NCBI RefSeq assembly: GCF_020745735.1
Contig: NC_083420.1
Location: 9,300,001 to 9,364,000 of the forward strand
Source of the DNA: Hemiscyllium ocellatum
Taxonomy: Eukaryota
Direction: 5' to 3'
Length of the DNA stretch: 64,000 nucleotides
Of the stretch, positions 63,693 through 64,000 are shown one piece after another; position 1 is the stretch's first letter, and each line of letters opens with the position of its first letter. A program made the position numbers and the translations under genes. The notes under the pieces are model-generated. The model did not search any database. It saw nothing but the letters and a program-made list of their open reading frames with translations, and had not been told where the DNA came from.

Positions 63693-64000
63693 CTGTTTGA
63701 AAGACAACAATTACTATGTTTACGCTGTTATTTTCTTTACTAGTTAATTCAGAGGAGCTTAGTGAGAAATAGGCACTGAGAAAGGAATGATTTCGAAAGC
63801 AGATCTGCCAACCACCCCCCAGTGAGCAGGAATCCAAGGAACAGGTGCAAACAAAGGCTATTCAGCCCCTCTGCCCTTCACTAAGATCCTGGCTGATCTC
63901 ATCATGGCCTCAACTATATCTTGCTGCCTAACCCCTGTAAAATAGATCAGTCATTTCAGTAAATTGTTGCTCTTGGTGCTACAAAAATACAGTTAGAATG

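Noticed and set aside
398-63837. Remaining short (60-130 aa) ORFs in the track
   Set aside because: Either retroelement fragments or random ORFs with no recognisable homology or splice support.

Overview
Eukaryotic (vertebrate) genomic DNA, almost certainly from a shark or ray, judged from HE1/V-SINE-type SINEs and abundant CR1 LINEs. The window holds the 3' halves of two convergent genes. UBN1 (ubinuclein-1, HIRA histone-chaperone subunit) is on the + strand with 11 coding exons from 540 to the stop at 38676, all GT-AG and phase-consistent. PPL (periplakin) is on the - strand with 5 coding exons from 63692 to the stop at 54470. The same tail-to-tail pair exists in mammals. Introns and the intergenic gap are filled with CR1/L2 LINE fragments (one near-full-length 4.4 kb CR1 nested in a SINE), tRNA-derived SINEs and Penelope-like element (PLE) derivatives. 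Two observations stand out. (1) This periplakin does not stop after its linker domain as mammalian periplakin does; it reads on for 227 codons into a complete envoplakin-like plakin repeat domain. (2) At least four families of PLE-derived fold-back or direct-repeat elements carry minimal hammerhead-ribozyme motifs; two copies with intact cores lie in sense orientation in UBN1 introns, and one element has a retrozyme-like direct-repeat layout. Two apparent local templated insertions were also found. Homology calls come from my recall of the protein and repeat families, not from database searches.
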